This document shows positions 19,596 through 30,097 of a stretch of DNA of 64,000 nucleotides, one piece after another. Position 1 is the stretch's first letter. Every line of letters starts with the position of its first letter. Below the pieces are notes generated by a model. That model ran no database searches, was not told the origin of the DNA, and was given only the letters and a program-made list of their open reading frames with translations. This DNA comes from Promethearchaeota archaeon (GTDB taxonomy: Archaea > Asgardarchaeota > Lokiarchaeia > Sigyniarchaeales > SOKP01). The stretch covers positions 32,001-96,000 of the forward strand of contig JBHLOY010000006.1 in assembly GCA_048939995.1 (NCBI GenBank). The letters run 5' to 3'. The translations under genes were made by a program, and so were the position numbers.

Positions 19596-21071
19596 ATGGG
19601 TATTGTTCAATGGTTATTAAAAAAAATCTCCAAAGCTTTTGGTCAAAATACTAGTTCTCTTTTTTATACACTTCTTAATCGTGAAATTCTTAAAGAAATT
19701 AATGAAATTACTGAGAATGAAAAAGATAGCTTAATTATTTTAAGAGAAATTGGTAAGAAGGCGGCATTAGAATCTTGTGAACGCCATTCTAGCGTATTTA
19801 AATGGATGCCTGGAAGCCCAAAAAAAGTCCTAGAATATTTTGAATTATTATGGATAGTTGTATTTGGAAAAGAGATAGAAGAAGGAGATTTAATATATGA
19901 GGAAATACCCAAAGAAGGTTCAAAATACAATGACTATATTGTCACTATTAAAAATTGTCCAATTTGTACTCAATATGGTGATGATGAGATGGATACCTTT
20001 GATTTTCAAAAGCTTAAGGGTGAAGAAACAGAAGGGTTAGCTTGTGGATTATGTGGAATGCTAGAGGGTGTAGCTAATTTTATACTGAAAACTAAAAAAA
20101 ATGATTATCGAATTAACATAGTAGAACAGCAATGTAAGGCGAAAGGAGGCGATTCTCTTCAGTTCATATGTAAAATATATGATATTGCTGAATGGAAGAA
20201 ATTATCTACAATGCGAATTCAAGATCAGTTAACCTCCAGGGTAATTTTTGAATTAGAGATGGAAGAAGAACTTATTCAAGAGACAAAACTGGACATTATC
20301 GATAAATTACAAGATGCCCTTTCATTAGATAAAATTGAAGAATTACTTGATGAACCTTTAGAAGGTGTTAAAAAAAAAGTTGCAGAGCTTATTCAAGATA
20401 AATTAAATATGGAACCAACGCACTTTTTCGATTACTTTAAAAATTATGAAGATGATATGATTAGAATAATTGGATTTTTAACTGTGCACTTATTAAATGA
20501 GTATGGAGGATTAGTAGAGAAAATACTAAGTAATGAAACTTTCTCAAAAATTGTTGGATATATTTTTAAACAATTGAGAGAATTTGTCCTATTATTTGTA
20601 CCCATTGATGTAATAAATGATTATCATAAACTTTTAATTAGTTTTCTGGAAGGACTCGCTCCTGTTGACATGGTTGAGAATGTTAAGAAATATTCAGGCA
20701 AAGATGATTTGAATTTCTTATTTGAAGGTGCAGAGCTAGCTTTAGAAAATCTAGGAATTAACTTCTCAGAATTAAAAGATAATGTTTGGGAGGAATTGAG
20801 AAAAGAAAGAGAAGACGGATTAGTATCAACTGATCAAACTATGATTGAAAAAACAGAAGAAAGGTTCCCTAAGATAATCAGAATAATTCAAGAAATTTTT
20901 ATGCTTTTTAATGAAATACTGACTTTACCTATACGTATTATAGTATCCGAAAGTCATTATGGATTGAAAACAGCCATCAAATCAGTTGTTTCAGAAGAAG
21001 AAGGTTTATTTGGGAGCATAAAAGGACGAATTGATACCATTTTTGATTATTTACAAGAAATAAGAAAATAA
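19596..21071 (+). CDS. V4R/Bet3-like domain plus long acidic helical C-terminal domain
   Basis: LREIGKKAA, KNCPIC, CGLCGMLEG, EQQCKAKGGDSLQF; GGAGG at 19583 supports ATG 19596 (ORF track start 19557). Confidence 0.65.
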   Translation: MGIVQWLLKKISKAFGQNTSSLFYTLLNREILKEINEITENEKDSLIILREIGKKAALESCERHSSVFKWMPGSPKKVLEYFELLWIVVFGKEIEEGDLIYEEIPKEGSKYNDYIVTIKNCPICTQYGDDEMDTFDFQKLKGEETEGLACGLCGMLEGVANFILKTKKNDYRINIVEQQCKAKGGDSLQFICKIYDIAEWKKLSTMRIQDQLTSRVIFELEMEEELIQETKLDIIDKLQDALSLDKIEELLDEPLEGVKKKVAELIQDKLNMEPTHFFDYFKNYEDDMIRIIGFLTVHLLNEYGGLVEKILSNETFSKIVGYIFKQLREFVLLFVPIDVINDYHKLLISFLEGLAPVDMVENVKKYSGKDDLNFLFEGAELALENLGINFSELKDNVWEELRKEREDGLVSTDQTMIEKTEERFPKIIRIIQEIFMLFNEILTLPIRIIVSESHYGLKTAIKSVVSEEEGLFGSIKGRIDTIFDYLQEIRK

Positions 21072-21174
21072 GAAGCTTTACAAAAGCTATTTTTGACTTT
21101 TATTTATTTCTCTGTTCCTTAATAATCCATTTCTTCCAAAGAAGAAAATTAATAAAAAAAATAATAAATAAAAT

Positions 21175-21873
21175 TTAGGTTTTTATTCCAAGATATAATA
21201 AAATACTAGATATAATAATTCCAAACCTAACAATGGATACAGCAATTATAGGAGGAACTACTGAATCAAAAGCTACGATTATTGCAAAAACAATAAAACC
21301 AATGGCTAGATATAGAAATTTCTTTCTTAAAATCCCAGTTGCTTGCTTAGCTTTCACTAAGAACCCAATACCATTAAAAATTAAAATAGATAGTATAAAG
21401 ACAATTAAAAAGTAGGCAGTAGGATACCCATAATTACTAGAAGTATCAATTATATCTGTACCAGGTGCAGGTATAACATAATTAAAAGACTGTTGAGGAC
21501 TCAAAAAAAGAAAATATTCATAAGCAATACTTATAATAATGAAAATACCCACTAGAATCCATTTCTTTTTTGGTATTAATAATTCTCCACCAATATACAT
21601 TCCCAGAGTTATACCCAGAGCAGCCCACATATAACTGAGTAATGGATAAATATATTGATTGATATTAGTGTCATTTATAAGAATATTGATAAAATCTGTA
21701 GTTGGGCCTAGCCACAATAATCCAATGGAAATAATTGTCAATGCGGTAACAGTAAGAAGTTTTGCCTTCAACTTTCCTGCTTTGAATAAACCATAAATAC
21801 CTATTATTATATTTATTGTAAGTACGCCAAAAGCAGAAATCCCATTTAACCATCCTGCGATGTCAGTGAACAA
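21175..21873 (-). CDS. Stand-alone ~7-TM membrane protein (sensor-domain-like)
   Basis: About seven hydrophobic helices, no soluble domain; TTG start with AGGTGA upstream. Confidence 0.6.
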   Translation of the reverse strand: MFTDIAGWLNGISAFGVLTINIIIGIYGLFKAGKLKAKLLTVTALTIISIGLLWLGPTTDFINILINDTNINQYIYPLLSYMWAALGITLGMYIGGELLIPKKKWILVGIFIIISIAYEYFLFLSPQQSFNYVIPAPGTDIIDTSSNYGYPTAYFLIVFILSILIFNGIGFLVKAKQATGILRKKFLYLAIGFIVFAIIVAFDSVVPPIIAVSIVRFGIIISSILLYLGIKT

Positions 21874-22135
21874 TTTTATGATTCACCTTTTTATAATTTA
21901 TTTTTTAAAAATTCATTTTTAATACTTTAAATATTTTAGAATTATTTTTGTTTAAAATATATAATAATATACTCATATGCAGTATTTATAATTACTCAAA
22001 ATTTTAAAGAATCATTCCTAGCCTTTCCTTACAAAAAAATAACGCTTTAAATAATAAATTAACATACTTATTATTAAATTAAATCAATATCAAGAAAGAT
22101 TAAGATAAAAAACATGAGAATTCCAGAAAGTTATT

Positions 22136-23425
22136 CTACTTAGAATTCTCTATTAAATATAACTCATAAAACCATTTAATAATATACTGAAGAAAAAAAC
22201 GTTCTCTAAGCACATCATAATTAGATTTTTCTCTCAGGCTGGTCAATTTTGCTACATCCTCAGATTTTAACTTGTTTTTAGCAATTAAATCCATTCTTAC
22301 TTTAAATTGATCAATTAGTTTTATGGGTCTTAAAATTTTAGCTACAAACTTCGAAATTTCAGGAAGTAGTTTCTGAACTTTATCCAAAGATACATTCAAG
22401 TTATTATCATAAAAATCCTTAATTTTCTGTATAATAATGTCTTTTTCATAATAGTCAATTTGATTTTTAGATTTTAATAAATCTAATAGATACAAAATTA
22501 ATTTATCTATAACAGAATCAGGAAATTTAATGCTTACTAAATCTTCTTTTAACTTAAAGAGAAATTGCTCAGTGAGAAATTGTTTGTACTTTATTATCAT
22601 GGCTTCATTTTGTTTTACATCAGTGCAAATCTCAATAACTTCACCTCTAGGAGTAGAAAAAGTAAAACCAAGCCCTTGAGGGCCGATTCCATAGAGAATA
22701 ACCATTGACAAACTATAAAATTTATATTCTTTTCGAGAGACTATCTTCTCTAAATTCTTACGGAGATTTTTAGGTGAAACTAAATGAAATTTATTTGCAA
22801 ATCTAATTTGTATAAATTTCGCATTTTCATTTGTTACCTTACGTTGAAATGATTTAAGAAAATCTTCTAAGTTGCCTAATAGTTTGACGTTTAAACCATA
22901 AGCATTATAATCATCTAAATAATTTAGTATTAAATCAATATCATTAACTTCATTAGAATAATACTGAAAACTATATTCTCTAAAATAATTATTATAATAA
23001 TATAATAAGTTTAATGGCATTTCTTTTCTGACATATATGATAAAGGAGTTAGAGATATTTCCAAATAAATCTATTAAATTAGCGATAAATAAATAATCTT
23101 TTCTAATATCGTTGATTAATTCTATTTCTGATTTTGTTAAATCTTTGTCGACTAAATTAAATTTATTAACAAACTTCAAAATTTTAAATATCTCTCCCAA
23201 ATTTAGAGTTTGAATACAATCAATTAATAATTCTGAGATTATTTCAAATCTATTAGGAATTTTCCTAGGATCAATGAAGATATCTAAATCTATTGATTTA
23301 TCAATTAGACCTTCTACTTCTTTAAATTCCTTCTTTTCTAAATGTTGAGATAGTTTGTTATAATAATTATCTTCAAAATCTCTTCCTTTTAAATCCTTTT
23401 GCTCATACAATATGGATTCAACCAT
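22136..23425 (-). CDS. Hypothetical protein
   Basis: 429-aa ORF; Gly-rich GIGPQGLGFTFSTPRGEVIEICTD island in a helical protein. Confidence 0.6.
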   Translation of the reverse strand: MVESILYEQKDLKGRDFEDNYYNKLSQHLEKKEFKEVEGLIDKSIDLDIFIDPRKIPNRFEIISELLIDCIQTLNLGEIFKILKFVNKFNLVDKDLTKSEIELINDIRKDYLFIANLIDLFGNISNSFIIYVRKEMPLNLLYYYNNYFREYSFQYYSNEVNDIDLILNYLDDYNAYGLNVKLLGNLEDFLKSFQRKVTNENAKFIQIRFANKFHLVSPKNLRKNLEKIVSRKEYKFYSLSMVILYGIGPQGLGFTFSTPRGEVIEICTDVKQNEAMIIKYKQFLTEQFLFKLKEDLVSIKFPDSVIDKLILYLLDLLKSKNQIDYYEKDIIIQKIKDFYDNNLNVSLDKVQKLLPEISKFVAKILRPIKLIDQFKVRMDLIAKNKLKSEDVAKLTSLREKSNYDVLRERFFLQYIIKWFYELYLIENSK

Positions 23426-23476
23426 AAATATCTTATTGTTAACTTTTTCCTAAAAAAAGTTCTAATCTTCTTAGAA

Positions 23477-23848
23477 TTAATCTAATAAATCAGCAATTCT
23501 TTTTGCAACACTCTGGATATTGAGGAAAACCATGCCTAAACTTGCATTAGCATGACATAAAGTACAAAGAATTGCATTTTCCCCAGCTTTAGAAAGAATA
23601 ATGATACCACTCACACCTTCAATGAGTATCCTTTTAAGCTCGCCTCTATCAAGTTCTTCCACCGCACGCTCCGAAACACTTTGTATAGCTGCCGACATGG
23701 CCGAAACTATCCCATCATTAACATCTCGACTCAAAACAGAGCAGATCGGAAGTCCCTGTACACTAACAATCGCAGACCCTTCTATATCAGAATTGACAGC
23801 AGATAATTTTCTTAGGAGATCTGTAAGTTCACTGATATTTTCAGACAA
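23477..23848 (-). CDS. Roadblock/LC7 (MglB-like) protein
   Basis: IEGSAIVSVQGLPICS, VSAMSAAI, ELDRGELKRILIEGVSG, LGMVFL; TTG start with GGAGG upstream. Confidence 0.92.
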   Translation of the reverse strand: MSENISELTDLLRKLSAVNSDIEGSAIVSVQGLPICSVLSRDVNDGIVSAMSAAIQSVSERAVEELDRGELKRILIEGVSGIIILSKAGENAILCTLCHANASLGMVFLNIQSVAKRIADLLD

Positions 23849-24044
23849 GATTTATTTCCTCCATATCTTCAAATGTGATAGAATTAAATTTCCTAATTTT
23901 ATCCTCAACAATAAATCAAATTAAATGAGCGATAAATTAAATCATTATATGATCTATTAAAATTAACTTTATTTAATTATTAATATTTACTTTATTTATT
24001 TTTATTTATCTTCTCAATCTGAAATAGTTGTTTTTTAAAAAAAA

Positions 24045-25049
24045 TTGAGTGAAAATCAGAAATTAAAAATGAGTGAAAATCAGAAATTAAAAACTAAAAT
24101 TGAAGGAAAGAAAAGTAAAGAGGAATTAGAAAAAGAGGCTGAGGAAAAGCAATATAAGATTGAATCACTTAGAAAAGCGGGAAAAATTGCTCAAGATGTT
24201 AAAAACTTTATCAAACCTAAGATTAAAGTAGAAACAAAAATTTTAGATATAATTGAAACAGCAGAATCAAGAATTGTTGAATTAGGAGGCCAAAGTGCTT
24301 TTCCAGTAAATATTGGAATAAATAATATTGCTGCTCATTATACAGCTCCATTAAAAGAAGACGATCTTGTAATAAGAAATGGCGATATAGTAAAAGTAGA
24401 TTTGGGAGTTCATGTTGATGGATATCTTGTTGATACTGCTTTCACTATAAGTTTCAACGATGAAAAGTTACTTGAAAATATAATTCAATCAACAGAGGTA
24501 GCATTAGAAGCAGCAAAGATGATGGTTAAACCTAAGGTCAATACAAAAGATATTGGTAAAAAAATTGAAGATATTGTAAGAGGATTTAAATATAATCCTA
24601 TAAAAGAGCTTGGTGGACACCAGGTTGAGAGATGGATTGTTCATGGTAAAAAGCAATTACCAGAATTAGGCTCCCAAGGAGGCGATATTATTGAGGACGG
24701 GGATGTTTTTGCTATTGAAATATTTGCCTCAACAGGAAACGGGTCTGTTCATACAACAAATGCTTCATATATTTATGAGCTTAACCCTTATACTGGTAGA
24801 GTTCCATTAAGAAGAAAATTCTCCAAACAGATTCTAGGTTATGTTAATAAAAATTTTAAAACTTTACCCTTTGCTGAAAGATGGTTAGGTAAAGAATTTA
24901 GAATGGGGGTACTTTTTGGGATTCAAGAATTAGTCCAACAAGGAAAATTGAAGGCTCATTATGTCTTAGCAGAACAAAAAGGTGTTTATGTAGCTCAAAC
25001 TGAAGAAACTGTGTTAGTTAATGAAGATACTTTTGAGCAATTAACTTAA
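24045..25049 (+). CDS. map: Methionine aminopeptidase type II (start TTG 24045 or ATG 24069)
   Basis: AAHYT, KVDLGVHVDGYLVDTA, GGH, AIEIFAS, AQTEET; helical insertion with LPFAERWL. Confidence 0.95.
   Translation: MSENQKLKMSENQKLKTKIEGKKSKEELEKEAEEKQYKIESLRKAGKIAQDVKNFIKPKIKVETKILDIIETAESRIVELGGQSAFPVNIGINNIAAHYTAPLKEDDLVIRNGDIVKVDLGVHVDGYLVDTAFTISFNDEKLLENIIQSTEVALEAAKMMVKPKVNTKDIGKKIEDIVRGFKYNPIKELGGHQVERWIVHGKKQLPELGSQGGDIIEDGDVFAIEIFASTGNGSVHTTNASYIYELNPYTGRVPLRRKFSKQILGYVNKNFKTLPFAERWLGKEFRMGVLFGIQELVQQGKLKAHYVLAEQKGVYVAQTEETVLVNEDTFEQLT
24046..24093 (+). repeat. Perfect 24-bp tandem duplication at the map start
   Basis: TGAGTGAAAATCAGAAATTAAAAA twice, giving MSENQKLK x2. Confidence 0.95.
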
Positions 25050-25086
25050 ATAAAAAATCGATAAATAAAAGAAGCTTTTCTCCAAA

Positions 25087-26193
25087 ATGAAAAGATTGAA
25101 AATTGCCCTAATTACACTAGCTATTTCTCCAGATAAGCAAGATGGTAGTGCAAAATTTTTTTCTGGAATCTATGAATACTTAAAAAGTAGAGGCCATAAC
25201 GTCCGAGTTATAACTGGAAGATGGAATTATAATCTAAATGATCCAAATATATCACAAATCAGAATCATGCGGAAGAGCTATTTATGGATTCCTCAATTTA
25301 TATCAAAAGTAGTTAATCTTTTAAGAACTAATGATTTTGATATTATCCATGGAAATGGTCCTAAAGGTACATTACCTCTTCTTTTTTCTAATAAAAAATT
25401 CCTCTCAACAATTCATGATTTAGGCCCTATTGAATCAAGCTTTTCGATGATCCCAATCGAAAAGTTAATTATTAATAAGGTTGTTAAAGAGGCTAAAATC
25501 ATTACAACATGTTCAGAATTTACTAAATGGCAATTAGAAAGTTATTTCCCTAAAATTGAACCTGGCAAAATCTATAACTTGTATTCTGCTATTGAAAGTA
25601 AATTTAAGCCTTATCCAATAAAAGCAAAAGAACTTCGAAAAAATTTAGGGTTAAAGGGGCCCGTGGTTTTATATATAGGCAGAATTGCTCTCTATAAAGA
25701 TGTTGAAAACATCATTAAAGCTTATACGTATGCAAAAAAAGAAATTAAAGATCTTGAATTGATAATTGGGGGATCTCCAGATTTTTATATGAAAGAAGCA
25801 TTCAAAAAGTGGAAGCAAAGTTATAAAGACGTTCACTTTATGGGATTTATTAAAGAACAAGAACTTCCTTATTATTATAGCATGGGAGATGTATTTATAA
25901 CATATTCATATTCTTCAGAAGGATTTGGATTAACTCCTATAGAAGCAATTGCATGCGGTACTCCTGTGATATCTTCCTCAATAGGGGCTTATAAGGAAGT
26001 TCTTCAAGATAATGCTATTTTTGTACCACCTAAAAATCCAAAACTCTTAAGTCAAGAAATCGTTGATTTACTTAACAACGATAATAAACGAATAAACTTA
26101 TTAAAAAAAGCTCAACATTTTATATCCCGATATTCTTGGAATTATGTTGGAAAAAAATTGGAAGAAGCTTATCAAAATTTCTTAAAAGCTTAG
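25087..26193 (+). CDS. Glycosyltransferase family 4
   Basis: IGRIALYKDV, EGFGLTPIEAIACGTPVI (EX7E motif). Confidence 0.92.
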   Translation: MKRLKIALITLAISPDKQDGSAKFFSGIYEYLKSRGHNVRVITGRWNYNLNDPNISQIRIMRKSYLWIPQFISKVVNLLRTNDFDIIHGNGPKGTLPLLFSNKKFLSTIHDLGPIESSFSMIPIEKLIINKVVKEAKIITTCSEFTKWQLESYFPKIEPGKIYNLYSAIESKFKPYPIKAKELRKNLGLKGPVVLYIGRIALYKDVENIIKAYTYAKKEIKDLELIIGGSPDFYMKEAFKKWKQSYKDVHFMGFIKEQELPYYYSMGDVFITYSYSSEGFGLTPIEAIACGTPVISSSIGAYKEVLQDNAIFVPPKNPKLLSQEIVDLLNNDNKRINLLKKAQHFISRYSWNYVGKKLEEAYQNFLKA

Positions 26194-26319
26194 AAAATTC
26201 AAACTATAGAGATTAGCTATTGATACTAGTTAAAATATAAATTTAGTAATAAAAGAATATAAATTATGTTTAATTTCTTAATGTCAAATTTTATTTATTA
26301 TTACTAGAAAAATATACCA

Positions 26320-27684
26320 ATGATTCTAATAACGCAATTAAATTGGGGAATTTTTGAAATTATATCCTTAATCATAATTTTTGTTGGGGGATTTCTATTT
26401 ACTTATTTTATTATTCCATATATCATTAAACTGATGAAAAAAAAAGGATTTACTGGGATTGATATCCATAAAAATGACAAACCAGAAATCCCTGAATCGG
26501 GGGGTTTAAGTATTCTCTTTGGATTAACTTTAACTACAATATTATCATTCATTTTTTTTCCAATTCTATTTAATGAATTAATGATATTTTTATTAACAAT
26601 ACTATTATCGGGAGCAATTGGCTATATTGATGATCGAAAAAAGTTAAGATCCCGATACAAAATTCTACTCACAATTTTCACAGGGGTAGTAATTTTTGTA
26701 GCAAATTTCTTTGGTTATATTAATATTCAATCCCCTACAATACCAATCCTCGGAGAAACGAGATTAACTAGAATCTACCCTGTTATCGTTCCGTTAATTG
26801 TAGCTATTTTAACTAATACATCGAATATGTTAGAAGGTTATAACGGAGAAGGAGCCGGTACGTCTTTGATTGCACTAATTTTTTTGCTAATTTGTGCTTT
26901 TATATGGAATTCGTCTGAAGCATTAGTATTTATAATATCTGGAATCAGTGTTTTAATCCCATTCTTCCTATTTAATAAATACCCTGCAAAAATCTTCCCG
27001 GGTGATGTAGGTACTTTAACTATGGGGGCATTATTTGCTTGTATAGCATTATTGGGATCATTAGAAGTCGCTGTGTTTAGTGCATTATTGATTCATTTTT
27101 TTAATAGTTTTTTTGTTATTAGTTCTGTTAAAGGATTTCTAGAAAGTAGTGAAATACAAGGACAAAAGAGTGATATAATCCTCATGAATGATGATTTAAT
27201 TACAGCCTCCGAAGAAAAGAGGGCAGCGCTAACATTACCACGCTTAATTTTAGCCAAAGGGCCCTTAACAGAACCTCAATTAATAAAAAATTTTTTGATC
27301 ATTTCTGTCGTATGTGGGTTATTTTCAATTGTTTCAATGATATTTATCCATTGGACCTTAAATAATATAGATTTAGCACCATTAATTATATCTGTAATAA
27401 TTACTTTAGTTATAATCACTATTATATTATACATCTTCCCAAGAGTAAGGGGTATTGTCATGTTAATGATAACTTTTTTAGGAATCATTATCATACTTTT
27501 GATTTTTATTGATTCAATTATCATGGAGATTTTTTATCAAGATATTGATTTAGGATTTATAAGAATACCAACTAATATTATCTTCTCTATTATGTTTATA
27601 GTACCATGTCTAGCATTATGGTACTATTTAACAATCAGATATTTCTGGTCTCAAATCAAAAAAATAAAGTATAAAAAAGCCTGA
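26320..27684 (+). CDS. aglH: UDP-GlcNAc:dolichyl-phosphate GlcNAc-1-P transferase (AglH/Alg7/DPAGT1 family)
   Basis: GIDIHK, IPESGG, IGYIDD, NMLEGYNG, FNKYPAKIFPGDVGT. Confidence 0.85.
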   Translation: MILITQLNWGIFEIISLIIIFVGGFLFTYFIIPYIIKLMKKKGFTGIDIHKNDKPEIPESGGLSILFGLTLTTILSFIFFPILFNELMIFLLTILLSGAIGYIDDRKKLRSRYKILLTIFTGVVIFVANFFGYINIQSPTIPILGETRLTRIYPVIVPLIVAILTNTSNMLEGYNGEGAGTSLIALIFLLICAFIWNSSEALVFIISGISVLIPFFLFNKYPAKIFPGDVGTLTMGALFACIALLGSLEVAVFSALLIHFFNSFFVISSVKGFLESSEIQGQKSDIILMNDDLITASEEKRAALTLPRLILAKGPLTEPQLIKNFLIISVVCGLFSIVSMIFIHWTLNNIDLAPLIISVIITLVIITIILYIFPRVRGIVMLMITFLGIIIILLIFIDSIIMEIFYQDIDLGFIRIPTNIIFSIMFIVPCLALWYYLTIRYFWSQIKKIKYKKA

Positions 27685-27701
27685 ATTAAAAATCTTTATG
27701 A

Positions 27702-28805
27702 TTATTGGGGAATTCTTTCTGTTATGTTCTTAAAACATATTTCATTCGGATTTTCAAAATCTTTAAGTCTATTTCTAAAATTTCTCGAAAAATGATTAGG
27801 TTTTGGGTTAATTGATAAAATTTCAATTGCTTTTTCAGCAACTTTATTATATTGTTTAATATGAACTAACGGAAAATTGTTCCTCATTAAGAACAGTTCT
27901 TGGGGTGCTGAATCTCCGGGAAAAAATTCAATACTTGGTACATCTAATAGGCTTGATTCACGAACGATTGTTCCTCCCCCACTAATAACTAAAGCAGAAT
28001 AGAAACAAAGATTAGTCATATTAGGTAAATAACGTGTCAAAATAATGTTTTTATTTTGCAGATAATCTCTTAATCTAACTTTAAGATAATTTTCTTGCTG
28101 ATTTGTTCTAGTGATAATGAAGTATTTTAGGTTAGGAAATTCCTTAAAAATTTGAGGAAAAAAATCAGAAATTAATGTCTTTTCAGGTTCAAGTTTGGAT
28201 AAAAAATAACTTGCGAAACTAGGTTCGCTTCTGATAATAATATATTGTCCCTTTTCAATATCAAACTTTTTAAGTGCCTCAAAGTTAGGCTGAAATTCCA
28301 ATAACCATGCGATCTCATCAATTCCATTATATCTAATGAGTTTTTCTGGATTTGCATGAAGTTTTATATACCAATCTTTCGGTACACACTCAGGAGTTAT
28401 TATTTTATCTATATAGGGAAAAAGTAATTTACAAACATGAACATTCCTTGGTTCGTCATTATAGCCAATAGATGGGATATTTAAGCCATAAGAGATTCTT
28501 GCCCCTTCAAGAGAAGAAAAGGTTATAAAAAATTCTGGTTCAAATTCGGAAATATATGGATATAAACCTCCTAATCTCTCAATGTATGCTTTCAATTTCC
28601 CATTCAGCTTTGCACCTCCATGTCTCCCCACTTTTATATAATTTATTTCTAAATCGTCTAAGATTTGGAAAGTCGAGTCATAATCTCTAGCAGTGATTAA
28701 AAGGGAGGCTCCTTCATCCTCTAGTTTGGTGATTAGAGAATTAAACATTATTGCTGTTTTAGGTTCTTCAATATCAATCCAAATCTTTTTATTATCTAAG
28801 CTCAT
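27702..28805 (-). CDS. DUF354 family GT-B fold protein
   Basis: IWIDI, ITARDY, VGRHGG, SGGGTIVRESSLL; ATG 28805 (ORF track TTG 28838). Confidence 0.8.
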   Translation of the reverse strand: MSLDNKKIWIDIEEPKTAIMFNSLITKLEDEGASLLITARDYDSTFQILDDLEINYIKVGRHGGAKLNGKLKAYIERLGGLYPYISEFEPEFFITFSSLEGARISYGLNIPSIGYNDEPRNVHVCKLLFPYIDKIITPECVPKDWYIKLHANPEKLIRYNGIDEIAWLLEFQPNFEALKKFDIEKGQYIIIRSEPSFASYFLSKLEPEKTLISDFFPQIFKEFPNLKYFIITRTNQQENYLKVRLRDYLQNKNIILTRYLPNMTNLCFYSALVISGGGTIVRESSLLDVPSIEFFPGDSAPQELFLMRNNFPLVHIKQYNKVAEKAIEILSINPKPNHFSRNFRNRLKDFENPNEICFKNITERIPQ

Positions 28806-28840
28806 TAAATCAGCATTTAAATATTTATCCCATTTCAAAT

Positions 28841-29584
28841 TTAGGTAAATTTTTTTAAAAATTTTGCTGGATTACCTACTATCACATCATTCTCAGCAGT
28901 ATCTTTTACTACTACAGCTCCAGCTCCAACAATAGTTCCCTTTTTTAGAGTTATGTCCGGTAAAATTACAGAATTTGCCCCAATTGATACAAAATCTTCA
29001 ATATTTGCGCCTTTTAAACGAAAATCTTTACGTTTCATATATTTATCATTAGTTAATTTGCAATAAGGACCCATGAAAACATTATTTCCTATTTTAGAAA
29101 ATAATGGGATATATACCCCTGTTTGAATACTTACATCATTTCCAATATTTACATTACCATCGATGACGCAATTAGTCCCTACTAAAGAATTTTTCCCGAT
29201 TCGTGTTTTTTCTCGAATTAACACATTGTGCCCTGTCTGGCAATTATCACCAATTATAACCTCTGAGTATATTATTGAACTTGCTCTTATTGTGCAATCT
29301 GACCCTATAGATAACATCGGTCCTTCAAAATCATTAATTTGTTGTTTGCCTTCAATTATTTGCTTCAAAACATTCCTTTGGGGATGCCCTATAATGCAAT
29401 TCTCCCCTATATATGATCCTTTCTTTATGAATGCTTTTCCATAGATTTTTACACCCTTAGAAATATAAACATCTTTTTCTATCTTTACACCTTTTCCAAT
29501 CACAGTAAAATTATCTATAAATGCATCTTGGTGGATTTCTGCTTCAGAATGAATGATTGATAATTCTTGATTAGCCCTAATCAA
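28841..29584 (-). CDS. Hexapeptide-repeat (left-handed beta-helix) acyltransferase, nucleotide-sugar N-acetyltransferase-like
   Basis: Repeated IGxxxx units, FMGPYCKLTNDKY, GAGAVVVKD, VGNPAK. Confidence 0.9.
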   Translation of the reverse strand: MIRANQELSIIHSEAEIHQDAFIDNFTVIGKGVKIEKDVYISKGVKIYGKAFIKKGSYIGENCIIGHPQRNVLKQIIEGKQQINDFEGPMLSIGSDCTIRASSIIYSEVIIGDNCQTGHNVLIREKTRIGKNSLVGTNCVIDGNVNIGNDVSIQTGVYIPLFSKIGNNVFMGPYCKLTNDKYMKRKDFRLKGANIEDFVSIGANSVILPDITLKKGTIVGAGAVVVKDTAENDVIVGNPAKFLKKFT

Positions 29585-29756
29585 TGTATCTCATATATTC
29601 ATTTTTGTATTTAATTTATTTAAATAAAAATTATTTTATTAATTTTCACATAAAAATTTGTTCTGTAGATTTACTAAATTCTAAATTTTAGATAAACTAC
29701 CACGATCATTTGAGCGAATGATTAAAAGAGGTTAAATTGGTTTAATCATAAAATTG

Positions 29757-30050
29757 TTAGTTCTCACATTGACATGGATTTTTTCCACACTTATTACATT
29801 GATTAGGATATTTCTCAATTAAGGCTTCTTCTAAATCAATATCCAGTAAATTTGCGATTGAAATCGTCCATGCTACAATGTCTGCTAACTCTTCAGAAAT
29901 CTTTTTGACTGGCATTTCCTTCTCTTTTAACAGGTTGGCTAGTTCTCCAATTTCCTCAACTAACCAAATAAAACTGTTTCTAATTCCTCTTTTATAATCT
30001 TTTTTATAGTATAAGGTTCTTATCAAATTTTGAAAATCTGAGATCCTCAT
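29757..30050 (-). CDS. MazG-like nucleotide pyrophosphohydrolase
   Basis: WLVEEIGELA, EELADIVAW, C-terminal CNKCGKNPCQC. Confidence 0.9.
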   Translation of the reverse strand: MRISDFQNLIRTLYYKKDYKRGIRNSFIWLVEEIGELANLLKEKEMPVKKISEELADIVAWTISIANLLDIDLEEALIEKYPNQCNKCGKNPCQCEN

Positions 30051-30097
30051 ATTAACACTTCTTTAAGAAAAACTGATAAGAATTCTTTGAACTTATC

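Noticed and set aside
29705-29722. Small inverted repeat ATCATT-N6-AATGAT
   Set aside because: A 6-bp AT-rich stem is expected by chance
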